This document shows, one piece after another, positions 1 through 10,323 of a DNA stretch of 64,000 nucleotides. Below the pieces are notes generated by a model. It saw only the letters and a program-made list of their open reading frames with translations. It was not told the origin of the DNA and did not search any database. The stretch covers positions 21,894 to 85,893 of the forward strand of contig CAZOYD010000008.1 in the NCBI GenBank assembly GCA_964583985.1, read 5' to 3'. The translations under genes were made by a program, and so were the position numbers. The stretch's first letter is position 1. Each line of letters starts with the position of its first letter. This stretch comes from an uncultured archaeon (lineage in GTDB: Archaea; Asgardarchaeota; Lokiarchaeia; Sigyniarchaeales; SOKP01).

Positions 1-48
1 CGGCTTATTTAGCCATTAGAATTCTTAATTTGTTGAAAAAATAAAATC

Positions 49-762
49 GTGGTGAAATTCGTGAGTGAAGAACTGATTGAATTAGGCAAAAAAAACGCTG
101 CTGTTAAAGCAGTTAAGGAAAACGTCAAAAAAGGAATGATTTTGGGAATCGGAAGTGGCTCCACAGTTGTATATGCCGTTGAAGAAATAGCAAGAATGAA
201 TAAAATAGAGGATTTGAATTTGAAATGCATCCCAACTTCTTTTCAAGCACATCAATTAATTGTTGATAATGGTCTCACTCACTTATCTTTAGACCAATGC
301 CCTGAAATTGACTTGGATATTGATGGTGCTGATGAAATTGATAAACATCTAAATTTAATTAAAGGAGGGGGAGGATGTTTGGTTAGGGAGAAAATTGTTG
401 CTTCTTCTTCAAAAAAATTAGTAATTATCGCAGATTATCGCAAAAAGTCAGAAAAATTAGGAGAAAATTGGAAAAAGGGAGTACCGGTCGAAGTAATTCC
501 TTTTGGATATGCCCCAATTTTAAAAAAATTAGAAAAATTGGGAGGTACCCCTAAGTTAAGGATGGCTCAAGCAAAAGCAGGACCTTTAATTACCGATAAT
601 GGGAATTTTATCATAGATGTTGATTTTGGTATCATGGATTCTCCCTCCGATATTGATTTTAAGATTTCTCAAATTCCTGGGGTCGTGGACACTGGATTTT
701 TCATAGGAATGACCTCAAGAGCCTATATAGGACAAAAAGATGGAAAAGTTATCGTTTTATAA
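49..762 (+). CDS. rpiA: Ribose-5-phosphate isomerase A
   Basis: GIGSGST, DGADE and KGGGG motifs. Confidence 0.97.
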   Translation: MVKFVSEELIELGKKNAAVKAVKENVKKGMILGIGSGSTVVYAVEEIARMNKIEDLNLKCIPTSFQAHQLIVDNGLTHLSLDQCPEIDLDIDGADEIDKHLNLIKGGGGCLVREKIVASSSKKLVIIADYRKKSEKLGENWKKGVPVEVIPFGYAPILKKLEKLGGTPKLRMAQAKAGPLITDNGNFIIDVDFGIMDSPSDIDFKISQIPGVVDTGFFIGMTSRAYIGQKDGKVIVL

Positions 763-768
763 TTAAAA

Positions 769-1395
769 ATGATGAAAAAGATCGCTGTTGCTGTTCATGC
801 AAATCAGGAATTTGATCTTGAACCTCTTGAGGGATTAATAGGGCTTGATTACATCCATGTCGATGTTTCAGATGGTAAGTTCACGCCTGTAAGGAATCTT
901 GATTTGGACGTATTTCGAATTCTAAAAGAGAGATATGAGATTCCTATTATCGTTCACATGATGGTCGTGAATCCTGCAAATTATCTTGATGAGATTATCG
1001 AATATATTGATATCTTTACATTTCATTATGAAATAAAAGAAGATAAATTTAAACTCATTAACGAGATAAAGAATAAAAATAAATTAGTAGGAATTGCTAT
1101 CAATCCAGATACTAGTATTTCAAAAATTATTCCCTACCTGCATTTGACAGATTTAGTTTTGGTAATGTCGGTATATCCCGGGAAATCAGGACAGAAATTC
1201 ATTTCTAATTCGATCTATAAAGTAAATGAATTAGCACTTCAAAAAAAGAAATACAATTTTTTGATAGATATAGATGGGGGAATTAATACAGAGAACGCTA
1301 AGGGATTAAATGTTGACATTTTAAGTAGCACGAGTACCATATTGAATGCTAAAGATCCTAACTTAGTAATAAAATTGCTAAAACATTCAAATTAA
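769..1395 (+). CDS. rpe: Ribulose-phosphate 3-epimerase
   Basis: HVDVSDG, HMMV, MSVYPG.SGQKF and IDGG motifs; adjacent to rpiA. Confidence 0.9.
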   Translation: MMKKIAVAVHANQEFDLEPLEGLIGLDYIHVDVSDGKFTPVRNLDLDVFRILKERYEIPIIVHMMVVNPANYLDEIIEYIDIFTFHYEIKEDKFKLINEIKNKNKLVGIAINPDTSISKIIPYLHLTDLVLVMSVYPGKSGQKFISNSIYKVNELALQKKKYNFLIDIDGGINTENAKGLNVDILSSTSTILNAKDPNLVIKLLKHSN

Positions 1396-1426
1396 ATTAA
1401 AAAAAAAAAGGGAAATAAATTTATTG

Positions 1427-4400
1427 TTATATATTTAATGATTTTCCACAGTTTGAACAAAACTTCTTCTGAGACGCTAAAGGATAACCACAATAGGGAC
1501 AGTATTCGAATTTAGATTTCTGTTCTTCCGATTGAGTGTTATGAGATGTCTCATCATAAGGAGAAGCATAAGTACCCCAAGGTTGAAGTTGAGATTTAGG
1601 TCTTCTTGATCTTCTGATAACTAGAAATAACAATAAGGCGACGCCAATCGCTACAATTATGCCTATAATTATTATCCACGTCCAATCTATAACGGATCCC
1701 GCTTCGATTGATAAAATCATGATAAAGTATTCTGAAGCGCCATCACTATCAAATACTGTAAGATATAAAATAGCTAGATATCCTTCATCAGTGGCAAAGT
1801 TGTAATTGGTTTCCGTTGAGATAGATTTCGTGCCCGTTATTGAGGAATATTGAACTTTAAAAGGAATAATAAATGAACCTATTTGAGAATCAGAAGTTGC
1901 TTGGTAGTTCAATTCAGAAACGGGGAATGTTTGAGGAAAAATAATTGAAATATATCCATCCTCCGTGGTAGATACGATGAAGAGGTTGACTGACACTCGC
2001 ATTTCAGCGCTATTACTATCTTCGTAAGGCACGCTATCTAAAACGCTCACGTTGAAATCGAATCGACTTCCTTGAGATGCGGTTACTACATAAGAATATT
2101 CTTCATCATGAGTATCTTCAAATAAAACGGGTTGAGAGTTATCAATACTAAACTTGGATTTTGTCTCATCAAATTCAGGAGGGTTATTGATAATAGAAGA
2201 AAGGATTCGTGGTGAATTTGGATTAAGATAATTGGAAACTGGATCGGAAGGGATAATGTATACAATAAAATCTCCAGATGGATCCCCAGAAACAGGTGTA
2301 TGAGTGGTATTATAGTACGGTGTGCTATAAATCATTGTAGAAGTATAATTTTGGGTTTGTTTTGTATTATAATAAGAGTATACATAGGTTGCCATGTAAG
2401 CAATGACATCATAATTGCTATTGTCTAATTGAGCACCAATTTTTAATGGCGAGGACCCCGATCTTTGTGCGTGACCACTCACGGTAAAGGAACTTATGAG
2501 AGGAATCGCTGACGAATTATAGTACAAAAGCTTTATAGATTTGTTATATGTCATGGCTTCGATGGTAATATTCACGTTGATTTCATAGGGTATATAAGAC
2601 GTGCTGGGTAAATCAAAGGTATCATTAAAGGCAATTCCATCGCTAACAGAAGTAGCCAATATTTCTTGATAATAACCAACATTCCGAATGGACACGTTTA
2701 AGTGTAAATTTAGATCATTAGAGGAAATTGGTACATTCTTCACCTTGTCTCGCACGGAAATCGTTAAATTAAGTCGGGAATTAGAAGTTCTTTCAGATTT
2801 TAATGCAAGGTTTATTGACACGTTATCTCTCAAGAAATAATCCATCAAGTTAGACAATAGACGCGAGTGATCGGGATTGGAATCAAAATCATCAGTTAAC
2901 CAATGTAGATCTCCAAATGCCACGAAGCGACCTTTTCCCAATGAACTACCATCAGAAACGCTTACGACATCCTTTCCATCAATGAAAGCTAAAGCTTCTG
3001 CAGGTGCTGTCGTTGAAAATGTGTTCCCGTACCCCCATTCAAAACTAGTGACTCCATTAAATATTTTATGAGGGATGATATCATCCACGGTAATTGGATC
3101 ATACGAGGCGCCCAAGCCAACCCATATCTCGTCGATAATCGTTTCCTCATTCACTGATATATCCACTCCTAATATTGAGAACAGGGCATTTATATTATCA
3201 ATACATAACTCATTGTGAAGAGTACCAAGAAATAAGATATTTCCCCCATTATCATAATAGTTTTTCAGATTTTCCATTTCCATGGAACTATAAGGCAAGA
3301 TAGGAGCTTGTAGCACTATTAAATCATATTGTGAAACTCGTTCTTCAGTAAGTATCGAATTATCCGCATTTATATCGTAATATGGGGTCCAATATTGTGC
3401 TCCATAATCAATTGAGATGTTTAAACTCGTGATTTCTTTCATTGCTTCATAAAAGTCCATCTGATAATAAGATAATGCAGGGAACCAATCATTTAAGCCG
3501 TGAAATGATTCCATCAAGATCTTATAATCGGGTAATCGCACATCAACCGTGATTTCGACGGAGTCAAAGAGAGTTAAACCATCAGTTATATTTAACTGGA
3601 ATGTTCTGATGCCAATGGAGGCGCTCTGTTCAATTGTAATGCCTAATGAAATGATCGTTTCACCAGCGCTCGAAAAATTAGCCTGCGATTTGTCAAGTGA
3701 TAAAATCAACCCATCAACTTCAGTCGGGATATTAATTTCAAGATCTTGACCTTTCCCAGAATAGAGTGTAATGTTGAAAACTTGAGAATCTCCCGGAAAA
3801 TTTAAAAGATCGTATGGTTTTATTGGCAATTCATCCGGAAAGAGATTAACCACATTATTCACATCTGAAAAAGTTTCATTGACATTGTGCAAGTATTCCA
3901 ATGACGCGGATACATTAATGATTCCCGCTCCATATTTTAAATAATCATGTTCTTCATTAGGAACTTTTCGTGCTCCTTCTAATAATGCGATTCGAGCGGT
4001 TTCGGGGCTTATAGAGGGATAAGCTTGTTTCAAGATCGCAATTGCCCCCGATACAATTGGGCATGCCATGCTCGTTCCACTCAAAGGAATGTAATCGGCA
4101 TCTCCAGCAAAATCAAAAAAATCACCAATGTATCGCATTTCTTTTGAAATTACAGAATTCGGTGCCTCTGTCGAAATTACATCGACTCCAGGAGCCACCA
4201 CATCGGGATATCCCAAGTAAGACATCGTAGGTCCCCAACTACTAAATGAAGCTAAGGTATCTGAAGAATCTGTGGCGCCTACGGAAATGATCTCAACTCC
4301 TGATGCAGGACTACCACCAGTGAAATATCCAGGACCATCATTACCTGCTGCCGCGACTAATATCACGCTATGATTTACTATACCAGACATTTCGAGCGTC

Positions 4401-5371
4401 ATGGGATCATTTGCGTCGGGAAGACCTCCACCAAAGCTCATGGAAATGATATCTGCTCCAGCTCCTCCATCTTCAGTAGAATTAACGCACCACTCAATTG
4501 CATTAATGATATCACCTTCTTCCAATCCCGAAAAATTTCCTGCACGAGCGTTAATTAATGAAACTCCGGGCGCTACTCCGTGATATTGCCCACCTGAAGT
4601 ATCTCCATCGCTTCCAATTAACCCTGCCACATGCGTTCCGTGACCATAATCATCTGTGGCATTTAAAGGACTTTCCCCGGAAACAAAATTTTTACTCATT
4701 ACGATATTAAGATCGGGATGGTCATAAATTCCCGTATCAATAACCGCCACTCGAACACCCGTTCCATTATATGCGAGACTTTCAGCTCCAATCGCAGGAA
4801 TCCACCAATTTGGATAACTGCTCTTACTTAACGAGCTTGTTTCAGGAAGATCCGAATTCATGTATGGATAATCATATAGTTGAGATTTGTAGATCTTCTT
4901 GATATCATCAATATTTGATAACATGGTTTCTTTCGCAGCGAGTTCCTCTAATGATATTGATAAATACGTTCCCGAAATGATGTCATAATTACCGAGAATT
5001 TCAAATTCTTCAAACACTGAATTAATAATGTCTAATCTATTATCTTTCTCCACATTCTCTTTGAAAAGCATGATAATTTTGACTTTCTGAGATTTGGAAT
5101 TCGAACCATTTGATAATAACTGGGTTAAATCCGTATCAAAAATTGAATTTTTAGCATTAATTTTCAAATCGGGATTCGAAGAATCTCTGGAAGAATATAT
5201 AGAAGCCAACAATGATTGTAATTCTGGATTGGTAATGATCTTTTCGTGATTGTTTTTATAAGTTGCATTACTACCTCCAGATGCCATGATTGGAATAAGA
5301 AGCATGCAAGCCATGATATAACATAGAATTAAACCTTCTTTTTTTATTCTAAAATTGTGCATGAGTATCAA
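1427..5371 (-). CDS. Membrane-anchored S8 subtilase with large extracellular region, C-terminal TM helix and double zinc ribbon
   Basis: Catalytic VIDTG, HGTHVAG, AAGN and GTSMACP motifs; signal peptide; TM segment WIIIIGIIVAIGVALLLFLVI; CPYC..CSNC tail. Confidence 0.92.
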   Translation of the reverse strand: MILMHNFRIKKEGLILCYIMACMLLIPIMASGGSNATYKNNHEKIITNPELQSLLASIYSSRDSSNPDLKINAKNSIFDTDLTQLLSNGSNSKSQKVKIIMLFKENVEKDNRLDIINSVFEEFEILGNYDIISGTYLSISLEELAAKETMLSNIDDIKKIYKSQLYDYPYMNSDLPETSSLSKSSYPNWWIPAIGAESLAYNGTGVRVAVIDTGIYDHPDLNIVMSKNFVSGESPLNATDDYGHGTHVAGLIGSDGDTSGGQYHGVAPGVSLINARAGNFSGLEEGDIINAIEWCVNSTEDGGAGADIISMSFGGGLPDANDPMTLEMSGIVNHSVILVAAAGNDGPGYFTGGSPASGVEIISVGATDSSDTLASFSSWGPTMSYLGYPDVVAPGVDVISTEAPNSVISKEMRYIGDFFDFAGDADYIPLSGTSMACPIVSGAIAILKQAYPSISPETARIALLEGARKVPNEEHDYLKYGAGIINVSASLEYLHNVNETFSDVNNVVNLFPDELPIKPYDLLNFPGDSQVFNITLYSGKGQDLEINIPTEVDGLILSLDKSQANFSSAGETIISLGITIEQSASIGIRTFQLNITDGLTLFDSVEITVDVRLPDYKILMESFHGLNDWFPALSYYQMDFYEAMKEITSLNISIDYGAQYWTPYYDINADNSILTEERVSQYDLIVLQAPILPYSSMEMENLKNYYDNGGNILFLGTLHNELCIDNINALFSILGVDISVNEETIIDEIWVGLGASYDPITVDDIIPHKIFNGVTSFEWGYGNTFSTTAPAEALAFIDGKDVVSVSDGSSLGKGRFVAFGDLHWLTDDFDSNPDHSRLLSNLMDYFLRDNVSINLALKSERTSNSRLNLTISVRDKVKNVPISSNDLNLHLNVSIRNVGYYQEILATSVSDGIAFNDTFDLPSTSYIPYEINVNITIEAMTYNKSIKLLYYNSSAIPLISSFTVSGHAQRSGSSPLKIGAQLDNSNYDVIAYMATYVYSYYNTKQTQNYTSTMIYSTPYYNTTHTPVSGDPSGDFIVYIIPSDPVSNYLNPNSPRILSSIINNPPEFDETKSKFSIDNSQPVLFEDTHDEEYSYVVTASQGSRFDFNVSVLDSVPYEDSNSAEMRVSVNLFIVSTTEDGYISIIFPQTFPVSELNYQATSDSQIGSFIIPFKVQYSSITGTKSISTETNYNFATDEGYLAILYLTVFDSDGASEYFIMILSIEAGSVIDWTWIIIIGIIVAIGVALLLFLVIRRSRRPKSQLQPWGTYASPYDETSHNTQSEEQKSKFEYCPYCGYPLASQKKFCSNCGKSLNI

Positions 5372-5477
5372 ATAACAACATAATTATTTATTTATTATTC
5401 TAATAATGGAAAAACCATAATTTTTTTTAAAAATTGTTTATTATATTTTAGTACTGTCAACATATCACTAAAAAAAT

Positions 5478-5580
5478 GGGCCTGTGGATTAGTCGCAGAT
5501 AATGAAAAAAAAATTCTCTTTTTTTCTGCATCGCTTCCTTGGCATGGAAGAGGCCGGGGGTTCAATTCCCCCCAGGTCCA
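5478..5580 (+). tRNA. tRNA-Ala(GGC) with ~29-nt D-arm intron (5502-5530)
   Basis: Acceptor GGGCCTG/CAGGTCC with G3:U70; anticodon arm CTTCC-TTGGCAT-GGAAG; T-arm GGGGG-TTCAATT-CCCCC; BHB helix CAGA/TCTG. Confidence 0.9.
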
Positions 5581-5802
5581 CTACTTTATATTTTATCGCT
5601 TCATGTTATTGAGTATAATCTAGAAGAGAATGAACTAATGTTTTCAATTACAAATCTCAATGAGATAGAAGGGATACTTATTTTATTAAAAAGATAAGTT
5701 AGGGAGAGTTAAGAAGGATAATTTATGAATTTTTTTTGTAAGTGATATAGATTTATATACGTTCTTGTCTAAGAATAAAATAAAAACAAAAAGGTATAAA
5801 AT

Positions 5803-6996
5803 GTGTCATTAAAAAATAATTATGACGTTGTAATATCAGGTGCAGGTCCATCTGGTTCACAATGTGCTGAAGTATTAGCAAGAGCGGGCTTTAGCGTAGC
5901 ACTTATAGAACGAGACAAGAATTGGCGAAAACCTTGTGGAGGGGTGGTCTCATCAAAAGTGATTGCTCTTTATCCTCAATTAAAGAAATTAAACATCCCT
6001 AAGATCAAGGGCTATGTTATATATTCTGCATCTGGTTCTGAACTTAAATTTACCAGAGATAATCCGGAAGATTCGACGGTAATGGACAGATTAGAGTTAG
6101 ATTCAATCATGAGAGACAGTGCAGTAGATGCAGGAGCGGATTTATATAATAAATACTTTTCCTATGACTTCCTATATCATGATTATAAAAAAGTTGGGAT
6201 TAAAACGAAATCTTCTGCAGGTATACAAGATTTTCGAGCAAAAATTATAGTCATTGCTGATGGAATGAGCTCTAAATTAGCTCCAAAATCGGGACTTCGG
6301 CCAAAATGGAGCATTGATGAGTTAGTAATCGCAAAATGTTCGATAATGGAGGGAAATCATAATCTTAATGAAAATCGAATCTACATTTACTTCAAGCCAT
6401 ATTCGGGATATGGCTGGATCTTTCCATTAGGGGGGAATAGATTTAATATTGGTGCTGGAGGTTTTGCTACCGAAATGGCAGAGTTGAATCTTAATCAAGT
6501 GTATAAAGAATTTATTCAGGATCCACATCTTAAATCCATACTTCCTGCTAACTCGTACCAAACGATTTGGACGGGAGCATACCCTGAACCAAAAATGGGA
6601 GTATTAGAAAAAAGTCTTTGTAGTGAAAATGTCATGTTAGTTGGTGATAATGCTGGGTTTGTAAATCCTATCAATGGTGAGGGGATCTTTGCTGGAGTAA
6701 TGTCAGGAAAAGCAGCAGCTGAAACTGCCGTTGTTTCACTTGAAGATGAATCTTCACTTGAAATTTCAATCAGAAAATACAAAAAACATCCTGAAATTAA
6801 ACAAATCACAAGAAGTTTCAAATTAAAAGGTTCATTGATCGGCACTTTTTTTGGAAATAAAGGGATGACTCTTAATAAAATGTTTAAATTAAGTGAAGAA
6901 GATGAAGAATTTAAGGGACAACTTATTAACTTATTTCTCGGTAAAGCTGGTAATCTCCCCTCAGCAGAGTTCTTAAAGGGACTATCAAACAAATAG
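5803..6996 (+). CDS. Geranylgeranyl reductase family FAD oxidoreductase
   Basis: GAGPSG, KPCGG, YGWIFP and GDNAG..NP.NGEGI motifs. Confidence 0.9.
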   Translation: MSLKNNYDVVISGAGPSGSQCAEVLARAGFSVALIERDKNWRKPCGGVVSSKVIALYPQLKKLNIPKIKGYVIYSASGSELKFTRDNPEDSTVMDRLELDSIMRDSAVDAGADLYNKYFSYDFLYHDYKKVGIKTKSSAGIQDFRAKIIVIADGMSSKLAPKSGLRPKWSIDELVIAKCSIMEGNHNLNENRIYIYFKPYSGYGWIFPLGGNRFNIGAGGFATEMAELNLNQVYKEFIQDPHLKSILPANSYQTIWTGAYPEPKMGVLEKSLCSENVMLVGDNAGFVNPINGEGIFAGVMSGKAAAETAVVSLEDESSLEISIRKYKKHPEIKQITRSFKLKGSLIGTFFGNKGMTLNKMFKLSEEDEEFKGQLINLFLGKAGNLPSAEFLKGLSNK

Positions 6997-7056
6997 TAAA
7001 TAGATTCTTTCCAAAAGTCTAAATTCTGAGCTATTAAAGGAAAAAAAATAATGAGA

Positions 7057-7229
7057 TGGAGGGGGAGGGATTCGAACCCTCGAAAGCCTCTACTACTGGA
7101 TTTCTTATTTTCTTTGCTAAGAAAATCTTAAGTCCAGCCCCTATGATCGGTCTTGACCCATTTTCAAGCGAATCCTAAGGCCTACGATACCTGGTATCTG
7201 AATAATTGACCAGACTCGGGTACCCCTCC
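7057..7229 (-). tRNA. tRNA-Leu(TAA) with two introns: 63 nt in the D-loop (7143-7205) and 25 nt at 37/38 (7102-7126)
   Basis: Acceptor GGAGGGG/CCCCTCC; CTGGA-CTTAAGA-TCCAG anticodon arm after splicing; long variable arm; both introns form BHB motifs; mature length 85 nt. Confidence 0.93.
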
Positions 7230-7370
7230 ACGTTAGGGGTGAAGATTTTTTTTATAAGAAATTAAAATTTTAATGAAATATAAAAGTTCTCCTCTGAATT
7301 ACCATTCATCCCTAATCCTCCTTCTAATCTTCTATTAATCAGTAATTTTTCATTCATTCTGATTTCTCAA

Positions 7371-7628
7371 ATCTCAAAACAAAAGTATAATAAACTTTGT
7401 AATGATTTAGAGAGTTTTATGAACCAATTAAGAATTTTTTCCTTAAATGAAATAGCAGCGAACTTTGCAGCAAAATTGCATTTAGAATTAAAAGCAGAAG
7501 GTCAGGAAATCGACGTTTTTGACTGATTAATAGAAGCAATTATCATTTCACACGAGTATAAAAAAATCATCACTGATAATAAGATCATTTTGAAAGAATC
7601 AAACAACTTGAAGATCATTCATTTTAAC
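7371..7628 (+). pseudogene. VapC/PIN toxin C-terminal remnant
   Basis: Translates as ..FSLNEIAANFAAKLHLELKAEGQEIDVFD*LIEAIIISH..IITDN then frameshift to DHFERI; in-frame TGA; no N-terminus. Confidence 0.7.
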
Positions 7629-7807
7629 TATTTAATACGGAAAGATCTTTTCGGTGAATCATTCTTTTCTCACTTTAAAGAGACTTAAATGAATTTCCAT
7701 TCCTTTTCAGGAGGGGGCACCACGGGAAGGGACTAGTAACTTAAACAAAAAACAAGGATCTAAAATACTTTAAAATAACCTATTTAGAGATTTAAGATTA
7801 AATTTAA

Positions 7808-7838
7808 ATACAATTGTATACAAATTTACATAGGTAAA
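7808..7838. promoter_or_regulatory. Putative TA autoregulatory operator
   Basis: Overlapping palindromes ATACAATTGTAT and TTGTATACAA, plus TTTAC-N4-GTAAA, between a TTTAAATA box and the antitoxin ATG. Confidence 0.55.
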
Positions 7839-7843
7839 CTAGC

Positions 7844-8128
7844 ATGTCAATTGTTAAAATATCAAATAAAAAGAGTTTAGAATCACTCCAAGCAAAATTA
7901 ACACTTAGATTAGGGCGAAAACCCACGCAACAAGAAACTCTTGATTATTGTCTTATTTTGGCGAATCAAAAATTCGAAGAGATCATTCAAATAGCAATGC
8001 ACCTTCCAATGTTAAATCCCAAGAGAGCTCAAAAAATTATCGAAGCCAGAAATGAGTTAAATGATATTCCATATGATACGGAAGTTCATTTTGATTCTGA
8101 AGATGATCAAGAGATATACAATTTGTGA
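7844..8128 (+). CDS. Putative antitoxin (VapB-like)
   Basis: 94 aa, basic N-terminus and acidic C-terminus, overlaps the downstream PIN gene. Confidence 0.7.
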   Translation: MSIVKISNKKSLESLQAKLTLRLGRKPTQQETLDYCLILANQKFEEIIQIAMHLPMLNPKRAQKIIEARNELNDIPYDTEVHFDSEDDQEIYNL

Positions 8129-8577
8129 GATGTTTTTATATGGGGGCATTTCTTGATACTGGTTTTTATTTAGGTCTTTGTCATCCTAAGGATAAACATG
8201 CGGAACAAAGTGAGAAAATTTTAGAAGAATTAGCCACAGGGAATTATGGTGTCCTCTATACCTCATACTTCATCATAAATGAAGTCACTACTTTAGCAGC
8301 AATTCGATCCAATAATAATAGTAAAGTATTTCACCATCTAGAAAAATTATTGTGGGGGGAAGAGAAGATTGCAAGCATTCTTCCCTTCGATTTGAATAAT
8401 GAACGTGAAACATGGGAATTATTCAAGAAAGTTAATACTATTGATTTAAAGGACAAGAGACCCATTAGTTTTACAGATATCAGTTCTATTATATTATGCG
8501 CTCACCATCAAATCGAGTACATTGTGAGCTTTGATAGGCATTTTGATGGATTTCTTCAGAGAATATCACAAATATAG
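8125..8577 (+). CDS. vapC: VapC/PIN-domain toxin (start probably at MGAFLDTG)
   Basis: FLDTG, E in INEV, SFTD and SFDRHF acidic PIN motifs. Confidence 0.9.
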   Translation: MRCFYMGAFLDTGFYLGLCHPKDKHAEQSEKILEELATGNYGVLYTSYFIINEVTTLAAIRSNNNSKVFHHLEKLLWGEEKIASILPFDLNNERETWELFKKVNTIDLKDKRPISFTDISSIILCAHHQIEYIVSFDRHFDGFLQRISQI

Positions 8578-8705
8578 TCGATGAATTCAACATATACCTT
8601 GAGAACAACAATTTTCCTCACGAATAGACAGGTTTCATCCCACATTTAGTGTGATCAGATCGGGGAGAAAGTTGCCTTTTCAACAGAAAATGTCTTCAAA
8701 ATTTC

Positions 8706-9272
8706 TTACTCGTTCTTGAGTTCATTTAAAAAGGGTTGAATTTTAAAGATGTGAAGATATATGCCATGCGAGAAGCCTAATATTATAAATATTAATCCAA
8801 TCTGCCAATAAAGCGTATTGAAAACAACTAATCCAATAATTGCATAAATTAATCCTAATAATGACGGGACCTCAGATCCAACAAGCATGACCATTAGCAA
8901 GATAAAAAACGCACGATGAGCATCATCTTTTTTCATCATTTTAGGAATGATATATTTATAGGTTATAATTGTGGAAAAAATGCCGATGCATATGAATATA
9001 TATAATGCAAAAAAAAGGTCATTTGGTAAGGTATTCGTTAAAATTCGATCCCAAGTAAAAATCCAGATGATTAGAACATACACTAACTGAGTATAATAGA
9101 CCGAATACAATAATAATTTTTCTGAAGAATTAAGGGTGCTTTTTCCGCGTTCTACGTGTTGAATTCCCATGCACGTTATTAATCGCATGTAAAATATAAA
9201 ATTTACTAATCGTAATCTCAGTATTTGATCATATGAATAGCTTTTTCTTTGACGATTCTCGGTCCACATCAA
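8706..9272 (-). CDS. Hypothetical 4-TM membrane protein (true start probably downstream)
   Basis: Four hydrophobic segments. Confidence 0.6.
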   Translation of the reverse strand: MMWTENRQRKSYSYDQILRLRLVNFIFYMRLITCMGIQHVERGKSTLNSSEKLLLYSVYYTQLVYVLIIWIFTWDRILTNTLPNDLFFALYIFICIGIFSTIITYKYIIPKMMKKDDAHRAFFILLMVMLVGSEVPSLLGLIYAIIGLVVFNTLYWQIGLIFIILGFSHGIYLHIFKIQPFLNELKNE

Positions 9273-9329
9273 TCAAATAAAATAAAAAAATAAAATAACT
9301 TTTAATAATCAATTAACCATTAAAATCAT

Positions 9330-9554
9330 ATGCAAGTTCCAGATCGGATTGTAATTGATACGAAAATATGTGCTGGAAAACCATGTATTCGCGGAACTCG
9401 ACTCACTGTCGATTTTATTTTAGAGTTGTTAGCCTTGGGATGGAGTTTCACCCAAATTCAAGACGAGTATGAAATAGAAAAGGATGATATATTAGCAGTC
9501 CTAAAATATGCTCATCAAATTATTAGTGAAGAAGACATATTCAAAATGTTCTAA
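9330..9554 (+). CDS. DUF433 family (antitoxin-like) protein
   Basis: GKPCIRGTRL..DI..VLKYA signature. Confidence 0.88.
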   Translation: MQVPDRIVIDTKICAGKPCIRGTRLTVDFILELLALGWSFTQIQDEYEIEKDDILAVLKYAHQIISEEDIFKMF

Positions 9555-9616
9555 TCATCTTAGGAATACCTTCATCGTCTATTTTACTCTGTTTTTTCGA
9601 AATAATCGGTTTCTGC

Positions 9617-10240
9617 TTATTCACGAATACTTGCATTCAACTCATGACCACAATAGGGGCAAAAAAGAGCTTTTCTGGTTATTTCGGAACTACAATTTTC
9701 ACATGTTATCTTGTATTCCATTAATGAGGGGATCGTCTCGGTGATGTTTTGAAACGAACTTTGTAATGCTTCCTCTACTAATTTTAACTGTACCTCTCTT
9801 TCCGAACGAGGATTGGATCTAATGTAAACGGAACTCAGTTCCACGAGATAATTTTCAATAAATTTCAGTTGATCCGTAAAATTCTTGTTGACTTTCAACT
9901 TTAATATGGCTTCTCCTGCTCCAGTTAAGAAATATACCTTGCGGAGGGGACCAATAGGAGTTTTGAACATGTTGGATTGCAAAAAGTGGTCTTTCTCTAA
10001 TTTAGTCAAAATCGGATAAATCGTCCCCGATTGAGCCACCCACGTTCCCGCAAAATGTGTATTAAGGCTCTGAATCAAATCGTAACCTGATAGCCCTCCA
10101 GAATTAAAAATAGTCTCGATTATTGTAAATTCCAGAGGAGTGAGCTTGGTCAACTTGATTCTTTTAAAATTTTCACGATCTACAGTATTTCTTAACTCTT
10201 GTAAATCTTCTTCCAAGTCAACAAACTTTCCAAGCCACAT
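9617..10240 (-). CDS. PadR-family regulator with C-terminal double zinc ribbon
   Basis: SGYDL, GTIYPILTKLE and RKVYFLT.AG motifs; CENC..CPYC. Confidence 0.9.
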   Translation of the reverse strand: MWLGKFVDLEEDLQELRNTVDRENFKRIKLTKLTPLEFTIIETIFNSGGLSGYDLIQSLNTHFAGTWVAQSGTIYPILTKLEKDHFLQSNMFKTPIGPLRKVYFLTGAGEAILKLKVNKNFTDQLKFIENYLVELSSVYIRSNPRSEREVQLKLVEEALQSSFQNITETIPSLMEYKITCENCSSEITRKALFCPYCGHELNASIRE

Positions 10241-10323
10241 TATTGAAAAAACCCCTAATTATTTCCATCGCGCTTTTTAACAATCTATTCATTCTTACAT
10301 GGTATTATTGGGAAAACTCAATT

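Noticed and set aside
7524-7735. In-frame TGA in the PIN remnant plus a GC-rich hairpin at ~7700-7732, read as selenocysteine/SECIS
   Set aside because: The ORF also lacks an N-terminus and is frameshifted, and the hairpin shows no clear SECIS core; a pseudogene is the simpler reading.
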